From an uncultured Acidobacteriota bacterium (GTDB taxonomy: Bacteria > Acidobacteriota > Terriglobia > Acidiferrales > UBA7541), in the NCBI GenBank assembly GCA_963814635.1, contig CAWFDP010000001.1, positions 145,250-209,249 of the forward strand: a DNA stretch of 64,000 bases, read 5' to 3'. Every line of letters starts with the position of its first letter. Positions within the stretch are counted from its first letter, which is position 1. Below, piece by piece: positions 63,329 to 64,000 of the stretch. The notes beneath the pieces were generated by a model that saw only the letters and a program-made list of their open reading frames with translations, was not told the DNA's origin and made no database searches. The position numbers were made by a program, and so were the translations under genes.

Positions 63329-64000
63329 AGGACTACCGCCTCGCCGCGGCCGCGCACGGATTTTTCGGCCGCTTCAAGGATCCTGACTACCCTAAGCCCC
63401 GCATGACCGTCGTTGAACGGACTCTTATTCTCTTCAATGCATTTCACGAAATAGGAGGTTTCAGCGCGCAGCGCCTCAATTTGTTCCAATTGTGGTGACC
63501 ACATATCTCCTGACCGGTAGCTGACCAGCAACTGATGCAAATTGCTGGGGTTCGTTGACATGCTCACGCCCTTGTCATAAACCTTAATTTTTTCGTCCGC
63601 TTCCAGGTCGTTCCATACCAGCATTTTTTTCTCTCCACCGATAAGAGTCGTTCGCACCTTTACCGGAGAGAGCCAATTCACGTTGACATGAGCGATGATT
63701 CGTTTTGGAAAGTACACGGTGATAAACGCCACATCTTCGACGCCATTCAGGTGCATCTCACCCGTTGCCACCACCGCTTCTGGCCGCTCTTTGATGACGT
63801 GGTCAATAATCGAAAGATCGTGCGGCGCCAGGTCCCAGATTACGTTGACATCATGTTGAAACAGCCCCAGGTTCACCCGCAGAGAATCGTAATAGTACAG
63901 ATCGCCCAGAGCCCCCCCATCCACGAGTTCTTTGATTTTTTTCACCGCGCCCGTGAACAAGAACGTGTGATCCACCATGATCATCAGGTTCTTGCGATCG
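63325..64000 (-). CDS. Gfo/Idh/MocA-family sugar dehydrogenase (WbpB-like), N-terminus beyond the window
   Basis: Only the C-terminal dimerisation/substrate domain is visible. The frame stays open to base 64000 (…DRKNLMIMVDHTFLF), and there is a 4-nt overlap with the acetyltransferase gene. Confidence 0.8.
   Translation of the reverse strand, partial: DRKNLMIMVDHTFLFTGAVKKIKELVDGGALGDLYYYDSLRVNLGLFQHDVNVIWDLAPHDLSIIDHVIKERPEAVVATGEMHLNGVEDVAFITVYFPKRIIAHVNVNWLSPVKVRTTLIGGEKKMLVWNDLEADEKIKVYDKGVSMSTNPSNLHQLLVSYRSGDMWSPQLEQIEALRAETSYFVKCIEENKSPFNDGHAGLRVVRILEAAEKSVRGRGEAVVL

Noticed and set aside
1-64000. Search for tRNA, rRNA, tmRNA, RNase P or riboswitch-like elements in the longer intergenic regions (975..1206, 13033..13317, 16679..16965, 17311..17572, 18647..18916, 25366..25817, 28267..28550)
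   Set aside because: I could recognise no cloverleaf-like or conserved ncRNA signatures by eye. Covariance-model scans (Infernal/Rfam, tRNAscan-SE) would be needed to exclude them.

Overview
This 64-kb chromosomal segment is probably from an Acidobacteriota (Terriglobia-like) genome. That is an inference from gene content only: a PEP-CTERM/exosortase locus, choice-of-anchor-D adhesins and sigma-54 regulators. All family calls come from motif recall, because no searches were possible. 1-11.7 kb is a mixed core and accessory stretch. It holds a Rieske oxygenase fragment, a hipBA toxin-antitoxin pair with a four-operator promoter, orphan small genes, a long two-domain ThyX-like gene and rpmE with its terminator. 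It also holds an AT-richer islet carrying a wHTH-GHKL-STAS-like fusion gene and a frameshift-riddled IS1-like transposase, followed by an adhesin-like lipoprotein. 11.7-18.7 kb is a c-di-GMP / sigma-54 regulatory node. It contains a GGDEF-PilZ fusion, two single-domain PilZ genes, a PAS histidine kinase with an NtrC-type regulator, and a second enhancer-binding protein that has no sensory domain. Several good -24/-12 promoter matches lie in this region. 18.9-64 kb is a very large exopolysaccharide / PEP-CTERM-exosortase locus. It encodes an 865-aa Ig-repeat adhesin, rmlCD, a PrsT-like TPR lipoprotein, a chain-length determinant with a tyrosine kinase, and a 1660-aa beta-propeller protein with 13 tandem repeats. 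It also encodes one PEP-CTERM protein, two secreted beta-helix paralogs, a short exosortase, and an ATP-grasp / flavoprotein / NodB-like / FemAB-like module. The remaining genes are a pyruvyl transferase, Wzx, a Wzy-like protein, AsnB, four glycosyltransferases, a deacetylase and a WbpB/D/E-like amino-sugar trio. No rRNA, tRNA or CRISPR was recognised. The observations most worth follow-up are these: the PilZ plus sensor-less bEBP pair and the sigma-54 promoters on c-di-GMP genes; the wHTH-GHKL-STAS-like gene with a leaderless promoter and phased boxes; and a duplicated 95-bp block encoding a conserved 25-codon antisense ORF on both sides of the PEP-CTERM gene.
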